Shown here one piece after another: positions 48,546 through 57,569 of a DNA stretch of 64,000 bases. Below the pieces are notes generated by a model. That model had not been told where the DNA came from, made no database searches, and saw nothing but the letters and a program-made list of their open reading frames with translations. Source of the stretch: Gemmatimonadales bacterium (lineage in GTDB: Bacteria > Gemmatimonadota > Gemmatimonadetes > Gemmatimonadales > GWC2-71-9); the NCBI GenBank assembly GCA_036004525.1, contig DASYRJ010000017.1, forward strand, positions 3,853 through 67,852, written 5' to 3'. Made by a program: the position numbers and the translations under genes. How positions within the stretch are numbered: position 1 is the first letter of the stretch; the number at the start of each line of letters is the position of its first letter.

Positions 48546-49343
48546 GTGACCACCGCGGTGGATCTGGTCCGCGACGCGCCGTTGACGATCGGCGGGCGCA
48601 CCTTCCAGTCGCGCCTGATGGTCGGGACCGGCAAGTACAAGGACCACGACACGATGACCCGGGCGATCGAGGCCTCGGGGGCCGAGATCGTCACGGTCGC
48701 CGTGCGCCGCGTGGACCTCGACCGCTCCAAAGAGGCGAGCGTCCTCCACTACCTCGACCCGAAGCGCTTCTTCCTGCTCGCCAACACGGCGGGGTGCTAC
48801 ACCGCGTCCGACGCAATCCGCTACGCGCGCCTCGCCCGCGAGGCCGGCTTCAACGACTTCGTGAAGCTCGAAGTGATCGGCGACGAGGAGACGCTGCTGC
48901 CCGACGTCCAGGGCCTGCTCGACGCGGCGGTCGTCCTCGTGAAAGAAGGCTTCCACGTACTCGCCTACACCAACGAAGACCTCGTGACGGCGCTGCGGCT
49001 CGAGGACGCGGGGTGCGCCGCCGTGATGCCGCTCGCGTCGCCGATCGGGAGCGGGCTCGGCCTCCTGAATCCGTTCAGCGTCCGGACGATCAAGCGACGG
49101 CTTCACGTGCCGGTGGTCGTCGACGCCGGAGTGGGAACCGCCTCGGACGCCTGCGTGACGATGGAGCAGGGCGTGGACGGGATCCTGATGAACACGGCGA
49201 TCGCGGCGGCGCAGGACCCCGTCGCCATGGCGCACGCCATGCGGCTCGCCGTGGAGGCGGGCCGCGCGGCGTTTCTCGCGGGCCGGATGCCGCGGCGCGA
49301 GGTCGCCATGCCGTCCTCTCCGGTCGAGGGGATGCTGGATTAG
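48546..49343 (+). CDS. thiG: Thiazole synthase
   Basis: [37 protein letters not shown]. Confidence 0.96.
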   Translation: MTTAVDLVRDAPLTIGGRTFQSRLMVGTGKYKDHDTMTRAIEASGAEIVTVAVRRVDLDRSKEASVLHYLDPKRFFLLANTAGCYTASDAIRYARLAREAGFNDFVKLEVIGDEETLLPDVQGLLDAAVVLVKEGFHVLAYTNEDLVTALRLEDAGCAAVMPLASPIGSGLGLLNPFSVRTIKRRLHVPVVVDAGVGTASDACVTMEQGVDGILMNTAIAAAQDPVAMAHAMRLAVEAGRAAFLAGRMPRREVAMPSSPVEGMLD

Positions 49344-50625
49344 GACGGCGACGGCTGCGCGGCGGGCGGCGCTCGCGATTCTCGGCGCGGTCCGCACCGG
49401 CACGCCGTTCGGCGAGGCGCGTGACCGCCACCTGGGCGGCCTCGCCGAGCGGGACCGCCGGCTGGCGTACGAGCTGTCGGCCGGCGTGCTGCGCCGCCAG
49501 GCCGAGCTCGACCGGACGCTCGACTTGACCCGCGCCGATCCCCGCCTGCACGACGTCCTCCGCCTCGGCGCCTACCAGCTCCGCTGCCTGACGCGCGTCC
49601 CTCCCCACGCCGCGGTCGCGACGAGCGTGGAGCTGGCGCGGGAGACCGCGGGCGAGGGGCCGGCGCGGTTCGTGAATCAGGCGCTCAGAAAACTGACGGG
49701 TGTCGGGTATCGGGTGTCGGGTGCCGGGTCGACGCATCCCGAGTGGTTGGTGCGACGATGGGAGGCTCGATTCGGGAAAGCGGATACCCAGCGTCTCTTG
49801 ACGTGGAACGACACGAAGCCGGCGCTCACATTGCAGCCCGCTCGTTGGGATCGAGAGACGCTGGCGCGGCGGCTCCACGAGTCGGGTGTCAGGGTAACAG
49901 AAGCGCCACTCGGAGCCGGCCTGCACATCAACCCGGTACCCGGCACCCGACACCCGATACCCAGTCAGTTACCCGGCTTCAGCGAGGGTGGGTTCATCGT
50001 CCAAGACCCCGCCCACGCCCTGGTCTGCCGCTTTGCAGCGATCCCCGCGGGCGCCCGGGTGTACGACGCCTGCGCCGCCCCCGGTGGCAAGGCCGTGGCG
50101 CTCGAGGCGGCGGGGGCACGGGTGGTGGCCGGCGACGCCCGCCGCGACCGCCTGCCGCGCCTGGCGGAGACGGCGCGTCGCGCGGGAGTGGCGATTCGCT
50201 CCCTCGCGGCCGATCTTGAGGCGGCGCCGTTCGCACCGGGATGCTTCGACGCGGTGCTGGTCGATGCCCCGTGCAGCGCGACGGGGACGATGGCGCGGCA
50301 CCCCGACGCGCGCTGGCGACTCGACCCCGGGGTGTTCGCCCGCGCGGCCGCGCGCCAGGCGCGGCTCGTCGCCGCGGCAGCACCGCTGGTGCGGCCCGGC
50401 GGGCTGCTCATCTACGCGACCTGCTCGCTCGAACCGGACGAGAACACCGCCGTCGTGGAGGACTTCGTGAGCCGACATCCAGAGTTCTCGCGCGCGCCCG
50501 TTGCCCCTCTCCTCCGGGGCGCGGTGCCGGCCGAGCTGCTGACGGCGGCGGGCGACTTCCAGTCGCTCCCCCAGCGGCACGGGATCGACGGCGCCTACGC
50601 GGCGCGGCTGGCGCGGCGCGCCTGA
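49339..50625 (+). CDS. rsmB: 16S rRNA m5C967 methyltransferase RsmB/Sun
   Basis: NusB-like N-terminus ([14 protein letters not shown]) upstream of GTG 49486; [21 protein letters not shown]; probable ATT start 49339. Confidence 0.88.
   Translation: MRTATAARRAALAILGAVRTGTPFGEARDRHLGGLAERDRRLAYELSAGVLRRQAELDRTLDLTRADPRLHDVLRLGAYQLRCLTRVPPHAAVATSVELARETAGEGPARFVNQALRKLTGVGYRVSGAGSTHPEWLVRRWEARFGKADTQRLLTWNDTKPALTLQPARWDRETLARRLHESGVRVTEAPLGAGLHINPVPGTRHPIPSQLPGFSEGGFIVQDPAHALVCRFAAIPAGARVYDACAAPGGKAVALEAAGARVVAGDARRDRLPRLAETARRAGVAIRSLAADLEAAPFAPGCFDAVLVDAPCSATGTMARHPDARWRLDPGVFARAAARQARLVAAAAPLVRPGGLLIYATCSLEPDENTAVVEDFVSRHPEFSRAPVAPLLRGAVPAELLTAAGDFQSLPQRHGIDGAYAARLARRA
49697..49962. repeat. 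Split TCGGGTR heptamer inverted repeat inside rsmB
   Basis: 49705-49729 is the exact reverse complement of 49938-49962; arms about 200 nt apart, frame preserved. Confidence 0.88.
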
Positions 50626-51389
50626 TGCGGATCCGGCGCCACCTGCCGCCGTTCGACGGCCTTACGGCGGGGCTCGACCGCCGCCGCGCCGGCCGCTGGG
50701 CGCTCATCGGCCTGGGCGTGCTCCTCGCCGGCTACCTCACGGCGTACCTGCTCCTCTTCCCGGCGCCGATCTTGCCGGGGCACCAGGTGGTGCCGCGGGT
50801 GCTGGGCCTCTCCCTCGCCGAGGCCCAGGCCCAGGTGCGGGAGGCGCAGCTCGAGGCGACCGACGGCGGCAGCGAGCCCCACCCCACGGCCCCCGAAGGC
50901 ACGGTGATCTGGCAGGATCCGCCCCCCGGCGTGATCGCCCCGCAAGCCCTGAAGGTGACCCTGGTGGTCAGCGCTGGGCCCCCCAAGATTCCGGTACCCG
51001 ACGTCGCGAGCCTCGATGCGAGTCTCGCCCAGCGGCTCGTCGCCGCGGCGGGGCTGGCGGTCACCCAGGTGGAGTCGGTGCAGGCGGCGGCGCCGCAGGG
51101 CCTCGCGATGATGACGCGGCCTCCCGCCGGCACCGCCCTGGCGCCGGGGGCGGGACTCACCTTGGTGGTGAGCCGCGGCGCGCCCACGATCACCGTGCCC
51201 GACCTGCTCGGCATGGCGGCCGCCGACGCGCGGACGCGGCTCGAGATGGAAGGGCTGCAGCTCGGCACCATGACGCGCCGCCGCACCTCCGACGCGACGG
51301 CCGGCACGATCGTGGCGCAGCGGCCGGCGGCCGGCACGCTGGCGTCGCCCGGCACCGTCGTCGATATCGTCGTCGCCCGGAGCCCGTGA
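50625..51389 (+). CDS. Membrane-anchored protein with 3 PASTA domains and no kinase domain
   Basis: TM helix, then VPRVLG/VPDVAS/VPDLLG repeats with G.V..Q.P..G. Confidence 0.85.
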   Translation: MRIRRHLPPFDGLTAGLDRRRAGRWALIGLGVLLAGYLTAYLLLFPAPILPGHQVVPRVLGLSLAEAQAQVREAQLEATDGGSEPHPTAPEGTVIWQDPPPGVIAPQALKVTLVVSAGPPKIPVPDVASLDASLAQRLVAAAGLAVTQVESVQAAAPQGLAMMTRPPAGTALAPGAGLTLVVSRGAPTITVPDLLGMAAADARTRLEMEGLQLGTMTRRRTSDATAGTIVAQRPAAGTLASPGTVVDIVVARSP

Positions 51390-51391
51390 CC

Positions 51392-52063
51392 ATGACCAAC
51401 GGCATCCGCATCGCCCCGAGCGTCCTCGCGGTCGACCTGACCCGGCTCGCCGAGCAGGTCGCGCAGGTGCTGGAGGGCGGCGCCGACTGGGTCCACGTGG
51501 ACGTGATGGACGGGCGGTTCGTGCCCAATCTGACGTTCGGGGCGAACATGATCGCCGCGCTGCGCACGTTGACCGACAAACCGATCGACGTGCATCTGAT
51601 GGTGGTCGAGCCCGAGCGGTACATCGAGCCGTTCGCCGGAGCTGGAGCGTCGGTGTTCACCTTTCACCCCGAGGCCACCGTGCACGTCCAGCGGCAGCTC
51701 GAGGCCGCGAAGCAACACGGGATGCTGGCGGGTTTGGCGCTCAACCCCGGTACGCCGCTCACCTATGCCGAGGAAGTCGTGGCCGATCTCGACCTCCTGC
51801 TCGTGATGACCGTCAATCCGGGCTTCGGCGCGCAGAATTACATCCCCGCGGCCACGGAGAAGATCCGCCGCGCCCGCGCGCTGCTCGCCGCGCACCGCTC
51901 CCAGGCGTTCCTGGAGGTCGACGGCGGGATCACGCGCCAGACGATCGCCACGGCGCATCAAGCGGGGGCCGATACGTTCGTGGCGGGGAACGCCGTGTTC
52001 GCGAGCGGCGACCCCGCCCGCGAGGTGCACGAGCTGCGCCGCCGCTGCCTGGTGACGGTGTGA
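51392..52063 (+). CDS. rpe: Ribulose-phosphate 3-epimerase
   Basis: IAPS, HVDVMDG.FVPN, DVHLM, MTVNPGFG, EVDGG. Confidence 0.96.
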   Translation: MTNGIRIAPSVLAVDLTRLAEQVAQVLEGGADWVHVDVMDGRFVPNLTFGANMIAALRTLTDKPIDVHLMVVEPERYIEPFAGAGASVFTFHPEATVHVQRQLEAAKQHGMLAGLALNPGTPLTYAEEVVADLDLLLVMTVNPGFGAQNYIPAATEKIRRARALLAAHRSQAFLEVDGGITRQTIATAHQAGADTFVAGNAVFASGDPAREVHELRRRCLVTV

Positions 52064-52599
52064 CGAACCGCCAGCAGTGGACCCTGATCAGCGGGATCGT
52101 GACCACGGTCGTCTTCGGCGTAGCCCTCGCGATCCGGCTGCGGCCGCAGATCGACCTGGTGGAGGTCGGCTCGCGGGCGCCGGCGTTTCACGCGACGAAC
52201 CTGCGCACCGGGCGGCCGGCGACGCTCGCGGACTACCGCGGCCAGGTCATCCTCGTCAACATCTGGGCGACCTGGTGCCCGCCGTGCCGGGTCGAGATGC
52301 CGTCGATGGAGCAACTGCACAAGAAGCTCGCCGGGACGGACTTTCGCATCGTGGCGGTGAGCGTGGACAAGGAAGAAGGACCTGATAAGGTCCTGGCGTT
52401 CGCGAACGACCTGGGGCTCACCTTCGACCTGCTGCACGACCCCGCCGGCGCGATCCAGCAGGTCTACCAGACCACCGGGGTGCCGGAGAGCTTTCTGATC
52501 GACCGCGACGGCGTCATCGTGAAGAAGGTGATCGGCGCGGCGCAGTGGGACGGGCCGGTCAACGAGACCATCATCCGGCGGCTGCTCGATGCGCGCTAG
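52060..52599 (+). CDS. TlpA/ResA thiol-disulfide oxidoreductase
   Basis: N-terminal TM; NIWATWCPPC; GVPESF. Confidence 0.9.
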   Translation: MTNRQQWTLISGIVTTVVFGVALAIRLRPQIDLVEVGSRAPAFHATNLRTGRPATLADYRGQVILVNIWATWCPPCRVEMPSMEQLHKKLAGTDFRIVAVSVDKEEGPDKVLAFANDLGLTFDLLHDPAGAIQQVYQTTGVPESFLIDRDGVIVKKVIGAAQWDGPVNETIIRRLLDAR

Positions 52600-53536
52600 C
52601 CTGATCCAGCTGATCACGCGAAACTGGCCGATCAAGGGCGCCGCCCTGTTTCTGTCGCTGATGCTGTACGTGGCGGTGCAGCTGCAGCAGCCGGTGACGA
52701 CCGACTTCGAGCTGGGGCTCAACGTCGAGCTGCCGCCGGGCCGGACGCTGCAGCAGAAGCTCCCCAAGATCCGGGCCCAGATCTCGGGCAAGGGGAGCCA
52801 GATCCTGAGGCTCCGCTCGCTGCGCGGCGACGTGAGCCGGCGCATGCCCGACACCCTATCGACCCCGACTTGGACCATCCGCCTCGAGCCGAGCGAGGTC
52901 GAGGCGCAGCTGCCCAAGGGCGCGGGCGACGTGCGGGTGCTCGAGATCCGGCCGCGCGAGATCACCGTCGCCCTCGACAGCGTGGCGCGGAAGGAAGTCC
53001 GCATCGTGCCGCTGATCAAGGTCGTACCCGAATCGGGCCAGGTGCTGCACGGCGGCGTGTCGATCTCGCCGACCATCGCGCGCCTCGTAGGACCCAACAA
53101 GAATCTCGCGGCGATCGAGTCCGTCACGACCATGTCCACCGAGATCACCGGTGTGTCGGGAGCGTTCTCGCGGGCCGTCTCGATCGACACGATGCCGCTC
53201 GGCATCGTGCGCATCTCGCCGAAGCAGGTCACGGTCACCGGCGAGATGGGAATGCTGGCCGAGCGGTCGTTCGCGGGGATCCCCGTGGAGACCGGCGCGG
53301 GTGCCATCACGGGCTTCATCGTGACCCCGCCGCGCGTTTCCGTGACGGTGCGCGGCCCCGAGGAACGCGTGCAGGCGCTCACCCGCGACAGCCTGCGCGT
53401 GGTCGCCCACATCACGGGGAGCACCGCCGAAGCGGGGGGAGGCGTCGCCCGCATCACCGTGGTCGCGCCGCCGGGCATCACGGCCCGCGCCATCCCCGAC
53501 TCGGTCACGCTGCGGCGCCGGACCCGCCGTGGCTGA
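52589..53536 (+). CDS. YbbR/CdaR-like membrane protein
   Basis: NW..K...L..SL.L TM, then repeated beta-rich P..V...GP modules. Confidence 0.7.
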   Translation: MRASLIQLITRNWPIKGAALFLSLMLYVAVQLQQPVTTDFELGLNVELPPGRTLQQKLPKIRAQISGKGSQILRLRSLRGDVSRRMPDTLSTPTWTIRLEPSEVEAQLPKGAGDVRVLEIRPREITVALDSVARKEVRIVPLIKVVPESGQVLHGGVSISPTIARLVGPNKNLAAIESVTTMSTEITGVSGAFSRAVSIDTMPLGIVRISPKQVTVTGEMGMLAERSFAGIPVETGAGAITGFIVTPPRVSVTVRGPEERVQALTRDSLRVVAHITGSTAEAGGGVARITVVAPPGITARAIPDSVTLRRRTRRG

Positions 53537-54572
53537 CGTCGTCCTCGGCATCGAGACGTCGTGTGATGAGACCTCGGCGGCCGTCCTGGTCTCGGGCGAG
53601 CTCGCGAGCGTGGTCATCCTGTCGCAGGACATTCACCGCGTGTTCGGCGGCGTCGTGCCCGAGCTGGCGAGCCGGGCGCACCTCGCCGCCCTGCCGGCGG
53701 TGGTGGACCGCGCGCTGGCCGAGGCCGGGCTCGCGCTGTCGGCGGTGGACGCCGTCGCGGTGACGGCCGGACCGGGCCTGGTCGGCGCGCTGCTCGTGGG
53801 CGTCGTGTACGCCAAGGCGCTCGCGTACGCGGGCGACCGTGCCCTCATCGGCGTGCACCACATGGAGGGTCACCTGTTCGCCCCGGCCGTCGAGGATCCC
53901 GACCTGGCCCCGCCGTTCGTCGCCCTGCTCGTCTCGGGCGGCCACACGTTGCTGCTCGACGTCCCCGCCTGGGGCCGCTATCGGTTGCTGGGGCAGACCC
54001 GCGACGACGCCGCGGGTGAGGCGTTCGACAAGGTCGCCACGCTGCTCGGGCTCGGGTATCCGGGGGGGCCCGCGATCGAGCGGCTGGCCCAGGAGGGCGA
54101 CCCGGCGCGCTTCACCTTCCCCCGCCCGATGCTGGGTGACGGCTTCGCCTTCTCGTTCTCCGGGCTCAAGACCGCGGTGCTGCACGCCGTGCGGGCCTCG
54201 GACGACCTGGCGCGCGACCGGGCGCACCTGGCGCGCGGATTCCAGGACGCCGTGCTCGACGTGCTCGTGACGAAGCTCGAGCGCGCGGTGCGCGCGACCG
54301 GCTATCGCACGGCGGTGCTGGGCGGCGGCGTGGCGTGCAACCGGACCCTGGCGGCGCGTGCGGCGGAGCGGCTCGCGGGCCTCGCCCGCGTGGCGGTGGC
54401 GAGCCCCCGCCTGAACGCCGACAACGCGGCGATGATCGCCCGCGCCGGCTGGTACCGGCTCGGCCTGGGCGAGCGCAGCGACTGGACCCTCGACGCTCGG
54501 GCCGACCTGCCCCTCCCGGGACTCGAGGCTGCCAATCCGCAATCGGCAATCCCCAATCCGCAATCACTATGA
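53529..54572 (+). CDS. tsaD: tRNA N6-adenosine threonylcarbamoyltransferase
   Basis: LGIETSCDET, GGVVPE.ASR.H, HHMEGH, LLVSGGHT, DDAAGEAFDK, DNAAM. Confidence 0.96.
   Translation: MADVVLGIETSCDETSAAVLVSGELASVVILSQDIHRVFGGVVPELASRAHLAALPAVVDRALAEAGLALSAVDAVAVTAGPGLVGALLVGVVYAKALAYAGDRALIGVHHMEGHLFAPAVEDPDLAPPFVALLVSGGHTLLLDVPAWGRYRLLGQTRDDAAGEAFDKVATLLGLGYPGGPAIERLAQEGDPARFTFPRPMLGDGFAFSFSGLKTAVLHAVRASDDLARDRAHLARGFQDAVLDVLVTKLERAVRATGYRTAVLGGGVACNRTLAARAAERLAGLARVAVASPRLNADNAAMIARAGWYRLGLGERSDWTLDARADLPLPGLEAANPQSAIPNPQSL
54533..54565 (+). repeat. Tandem heptamer CAATCCG forming the tsaD C-terminal tail
   Basis: caatccg caatcgg caatccc caatccg caatc, read as NPQSAIPNPQS. Confidence 0.8.
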
Positions 54573-55417
54573 CCGTCTATCCCCTCGTCCTCCGGCTCGG
54601 CCCCGTCGAGCTCACCGGCTACGGTCTGATGATGATGATCGCGTTCCTGATGGCGGGCTGGGCGATCCAGCTCGACCTCCGGCGCCGCCAGCTGGACGAG
54701 GAATACGCCGCCGACATCGTGATCGCCGGCGTGATCGGCGGCCTGGTGGGTGCCAAGATCTGGTACGTATTGCTCACCGGCGACTGGGACGCGCTGTTGC
54801 GGCGTGGCGGATTCGTGTGGTACGGCGGGCTGATCGGCGGCGCGGCCGGTGTCCTGCTGAACGGCTGGCGCAAGCGGGTGCCGGCCCGGCTCACGATGGA
54901 GCTGTGCGCCGCGCCGCTGATGCTCGGCCATGCCCTCGGCCGCGTGGGATGCTTCCTGGTCGGCGACGACTACGGGATTCCGAGCGCGCTCCCCTGGGCG
55001 ATGAAGTTCCCCCGCGGTCTGCCGCCCACGACGGTCGGGAGCCTGACCGCGCTGGGGGTCAAATTCCCCGCGACCGCCGATCCGCTGCAGGTGGTGGCGG
55101 TCCACCCCACCCAGATCTACGAGACGCTGCTGATGTTCCTGGCGTTCTGGTGGATCTGGCGGCAGCGCGACCACGGCCACGCGACCGGTTGGCTGTTCGG
55201 CTGGTACCTCGTGCTGGCGGGCCTGGAGCGCCTTCTGGTGGAGTTCCTTCGCGCCAAGGACGACCGGCTGCTCGGGCCGTTCACCGTGGCACAGGCGACG
55301 AGTGCGGTGCTGCTCGTGGCGGGGGTGATCTTGCTGCGGGCGTGGCGTGAGCCGTCAGCCGTCAGCGCTCAGCCAGCGGCCCTGGCCCCGAAGGCCGCTC
55401 CCCCGCCTCACCACTGA
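54569..55417 (+). CDS. lgt: Prolipoprotein diacylglyceryl transferase
   Basis: YG.M, G..WYGGLIG, GR.GCFL.G, HPTQIYE, R..VEF.R. Confidence 0.9.
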   Translation: MTVYPLVLRLGPVELTGYGLMMMIAFLMAGWAIQLDLRRRQLDEEYAADIVIAGVIGGLVGAKIWYVLLTGDWDALLRRGGFVWYGGLIGGAAGVLLNGWRKRVPARLTMELCAAPLMLGHALGRVGCFLVGDDYGIPSALPWAMKFPRGLPPTTVGSLTALGVKFPATADPLQVVAVHPTQIYETLLMFLAFWWIWRQRDHGHATGWLFGWYLVLAGLERLLVEFLRAKDDRLLGPFTVAQATSAVLLVAGVILLRAWREPSAVSAQPAALAPKAAPPPHH

Positions 55418-55433
55418 TGGCCGACGGCTGGCG
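55351..55433. repeat. Imperfect GCCGTCA heptamer hairpin at the lgt/FTR1 convergent overlap
   Basis: gccgtcagccgtcagcgctcag ... ctgatggccgacggctggcg. Confidence 0.6.
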
Positions 55434-57152
55434 CCCGACCGGCCTCATCGTCCAAACGAGCGCCACCAGTGCCAGGAGCACGAGCAGGCCCTGCAGGACG
55501 AGCGACTCGAGCGTGGGATAAATGCCCAGCACGGGGATGCGCGGGGCCCCATCGATCAGGGTGAGCGGCACGATTCTCCCTTCCTGCAGCTCGGCGACGC
55601 CCTTCCCCGCGAATACGAACGCCATGTAGTAGAGCATCACGCCGGTGACGGCGAAGAACGGCTTCATCGCCACGCGCAGGCCGAGCTGGTTGATCGCGAC
55701 GTACACCGCGACGAGCCCCACCGCGCCCGCCCCCAGCCCCCCGAGCACCGGAAGCACCGCCCCGCCCGACGAGGTGAACAGGGCCTTGTAGAACAGGATC
55801 GTCTCGAACCCTTCGCGGTACACGGCGAGGAACGCCACGGCCGTGAGCGCCAGCCCCGAGCCCGACGACAGGGCGCTTTCCATCTTGCTGCGCACGAACG
55901 CCGTCCACTTGGCCGCCTCGATCTTCGAGAGGAGCCAGTAGCTCACGTAAAACAAGACGGCGGCGGCGAGGAGCATCGTGAAGCCCTCGATGACCTCGCG
56001 CTGCCCGGGCGTGACCTGGAACAACAGCTCGACCAGCGCCCAGGTGACGAGGCTGGCGAGGACCGCGAGCCAGGCGCCGCGCCCCACGTCGCGGCGCCGG
56101 TGGGGCGCGCCGGCCTTGCTGAGGAACGTCATCAGCGCCGCGACGATGAGGATCGCCTCGAATCCTTCCCGCACCAGCAGGACGAACGACGACGCGAACA
56201 GGCTCATCGCCGACGGCCGGTCGGCCACGACGCGCTCGGCGCGCTCGAGCCCGCTCAAGAGCCGCTGCCGGATCGCCGCCAGCTCGGCGGAGTCGGCGCG
56301 CGCGACGCGCGTGCGCAGCCACGCGAACGCCCCCTCGAGGTCGCTCGCGAGCCCCGCGTTCTTCGCCCGTACCTCGGTCTCCACCTGCTCGAACGTGAGG
56401 TAGGCGTCGAACGCAATCTTGTCGGAACGCGTGACGAGGGCGGAGTCGATCTGGCGCCGCACCGCCGCGAAGGTGGCCGCCGTCGCGGAGCCGCCGTACT
56501 GCATCGTGGCGACGTAGGCCGCGACCGCCCAGCGGTCGTCCTCCGAGAGATCTTCCGCGAACTCCGGCATGGCTGTGCCGGGAACGCCGATCGCGGTCTT
56601 ACGGAAGATCTCGAGCAGCGAGGTGCGCCCCATCACCGCAGGGTCGGCGAGGTTGGCCGGCGGGGGACCTTTGAGCGACTTGGCCTTCGGGCCGTCGCCC
56701 CGGCCCGTTTCGCCGTGGCAGGCGGCACACTGCTCGCGGTAGACCGCGGCGCCGCGCGCCAAGGACGGCGGCCGCGACGGGGGCGGCTCGAGCGCCCCGC
56801 CGACCGCAGCGCTGATCCGGGCGACCAGCGCGTCGGCCACCCGCTCCACGGAATCGGGCGCCGCCAGACGATCGAGCAGAGCCGCGAGGACGCGGAGCGC
56901 GCTGTCGGCCGCGGGGCGGACGGCGGCGGGCAGCCCAGGGAGGTCGAACCGGGCCTGCTGAATGAACAGCTTGGCCTCGTCCACCTCCTCGGGCGCCACG
57001 ATGCGCCCGCCCTGGGGCGTCACGCCTTGGGCGTATTCCTTGGCCGAGAGGGCTGCGGCGGCGACGACGCGGCGGGAGGCAGCTAAAGAATCGGTCGCCT
57101 GCGGCGCGGTGAGGCAGGCGAAAGAGATGAGAATGGTTCTCAAGAAACTCAC
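55362..57152 (-). CDS. Cytochrome c-FTR1 iron/lead permease fusion (PbrT/EfeU-like)
   Basis: CAACHG heme motif; two REGFE motifs; TM helices. Confidence 0.9.
   Translation of the reverse strand: MSFLRTILISFACLTAPQATDSLAASRRVVAAAALSAKEYAQGVTPQGGRIVAPEEVDEAKLFIQQARFDLPGLPAAVRPAADSALRVLAALLDRLAAPDSVERVADALVARISAAVGGALEPPPSRPPSLARGAAVYREQCAACHGETGRGDGPKAKSLKGPPPANLADPAVMGRTSLLEIFRKTAIGVPGTAMPEFAEDLSEDDRWAVAAYVATMQYGGSATAATFAAVRRQIDSALVTRSDKIAFDAYLTFEQVETEVRAKNAGLASDLEGAFAWLRTRVARADSAELAAIRQRLLSGLERAERVVADRPSAMSLFASSFVLLVREGFEAILIVAALMTFLSKAGAPHRRRDVGRGAWLAVLASLVTWALVELLFQVTPGQREVIEGFTMLLAAAVLFYVSYWLLSKIEAAKWTAFVRSKMESALSSGSGLALTAVAFLAVYREGFETILFYKALFTSSGGAVLPVLGGLGAGAVGLVAVYVAINQLGLRVAMKPFFAVTGVMLYYMAFVFAGKGVAELQEGRIVPLTLIDGAPRIPVLGIYPTLESLVLQGLLVLLALVALVWTMRPVGRQPSAISGEAGERPSGPGPLAER
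57128..57142. promoter_or_regulatory. Fur-box-like 7-1-7 palindrome TGAGAAT-G-GTTCTCA
   Basis: Resembles TGATAATnATTATCA; lies at the 5' end of an iron permease gene in an AT-rich patch. Confidence 0.6.
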
Positions 57153-57182
57153 GACCAATACTAGAGTGAATTACTCGGGAAT

Positions 57183-57569
57183 TCAATCCGTCGAGAGGAC
57201 TGCGACCGCCACCGCCGCCTCGTGGGTGTGGGACAGCGAAAGCAGCACGCGCCGCACGCCCATCTCGCTCGCCCGGGCCGCGGCTACTCCGGTGAGCGTG
57301 ACGTCGGGCCGGCCGTCGGGCGCGCGGGTGACCTCGATCTCGCGCCATCCGATCCCGCGCGCCGCGTCACTGCCCTGCAGCGCTTTGTAGACCGCTTCTT
57401 TCGCGGCGAGCCGCACCGCAACGTGTTCGGCGGGGTCGGGACGCGAGCGACAGTAGTCGGCCTCCGCGGGCGTGAGCAGGCGGTCGAACACCTGCGCGCC
57501 CTTGTCGGCGAGCATGGCCCGCGTGCGCGACACCTCGACCAGGTCCACGCCGACCCCGGCAGCGCTCAT
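57183..57569 (-). CDS. acpS: Holo-[acyl-carrier-protein] synthase
   Basis: GVGVDLVE, AAKEAVYKAL, G.P, SLSH. Confidence 0.92.
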   Translation of the reverse strand: MSAAGVGVDLVEVSRTRAMLADKGAQVFDRLLTPAEADYCRSRPDPAEHVAVRLAAKEAVYKALQGSDAARGIGWREIEVTRAPDGRPDVTLTGVAAARASEMGVRRVLLSLSHTHEAAVAVAVLSTD

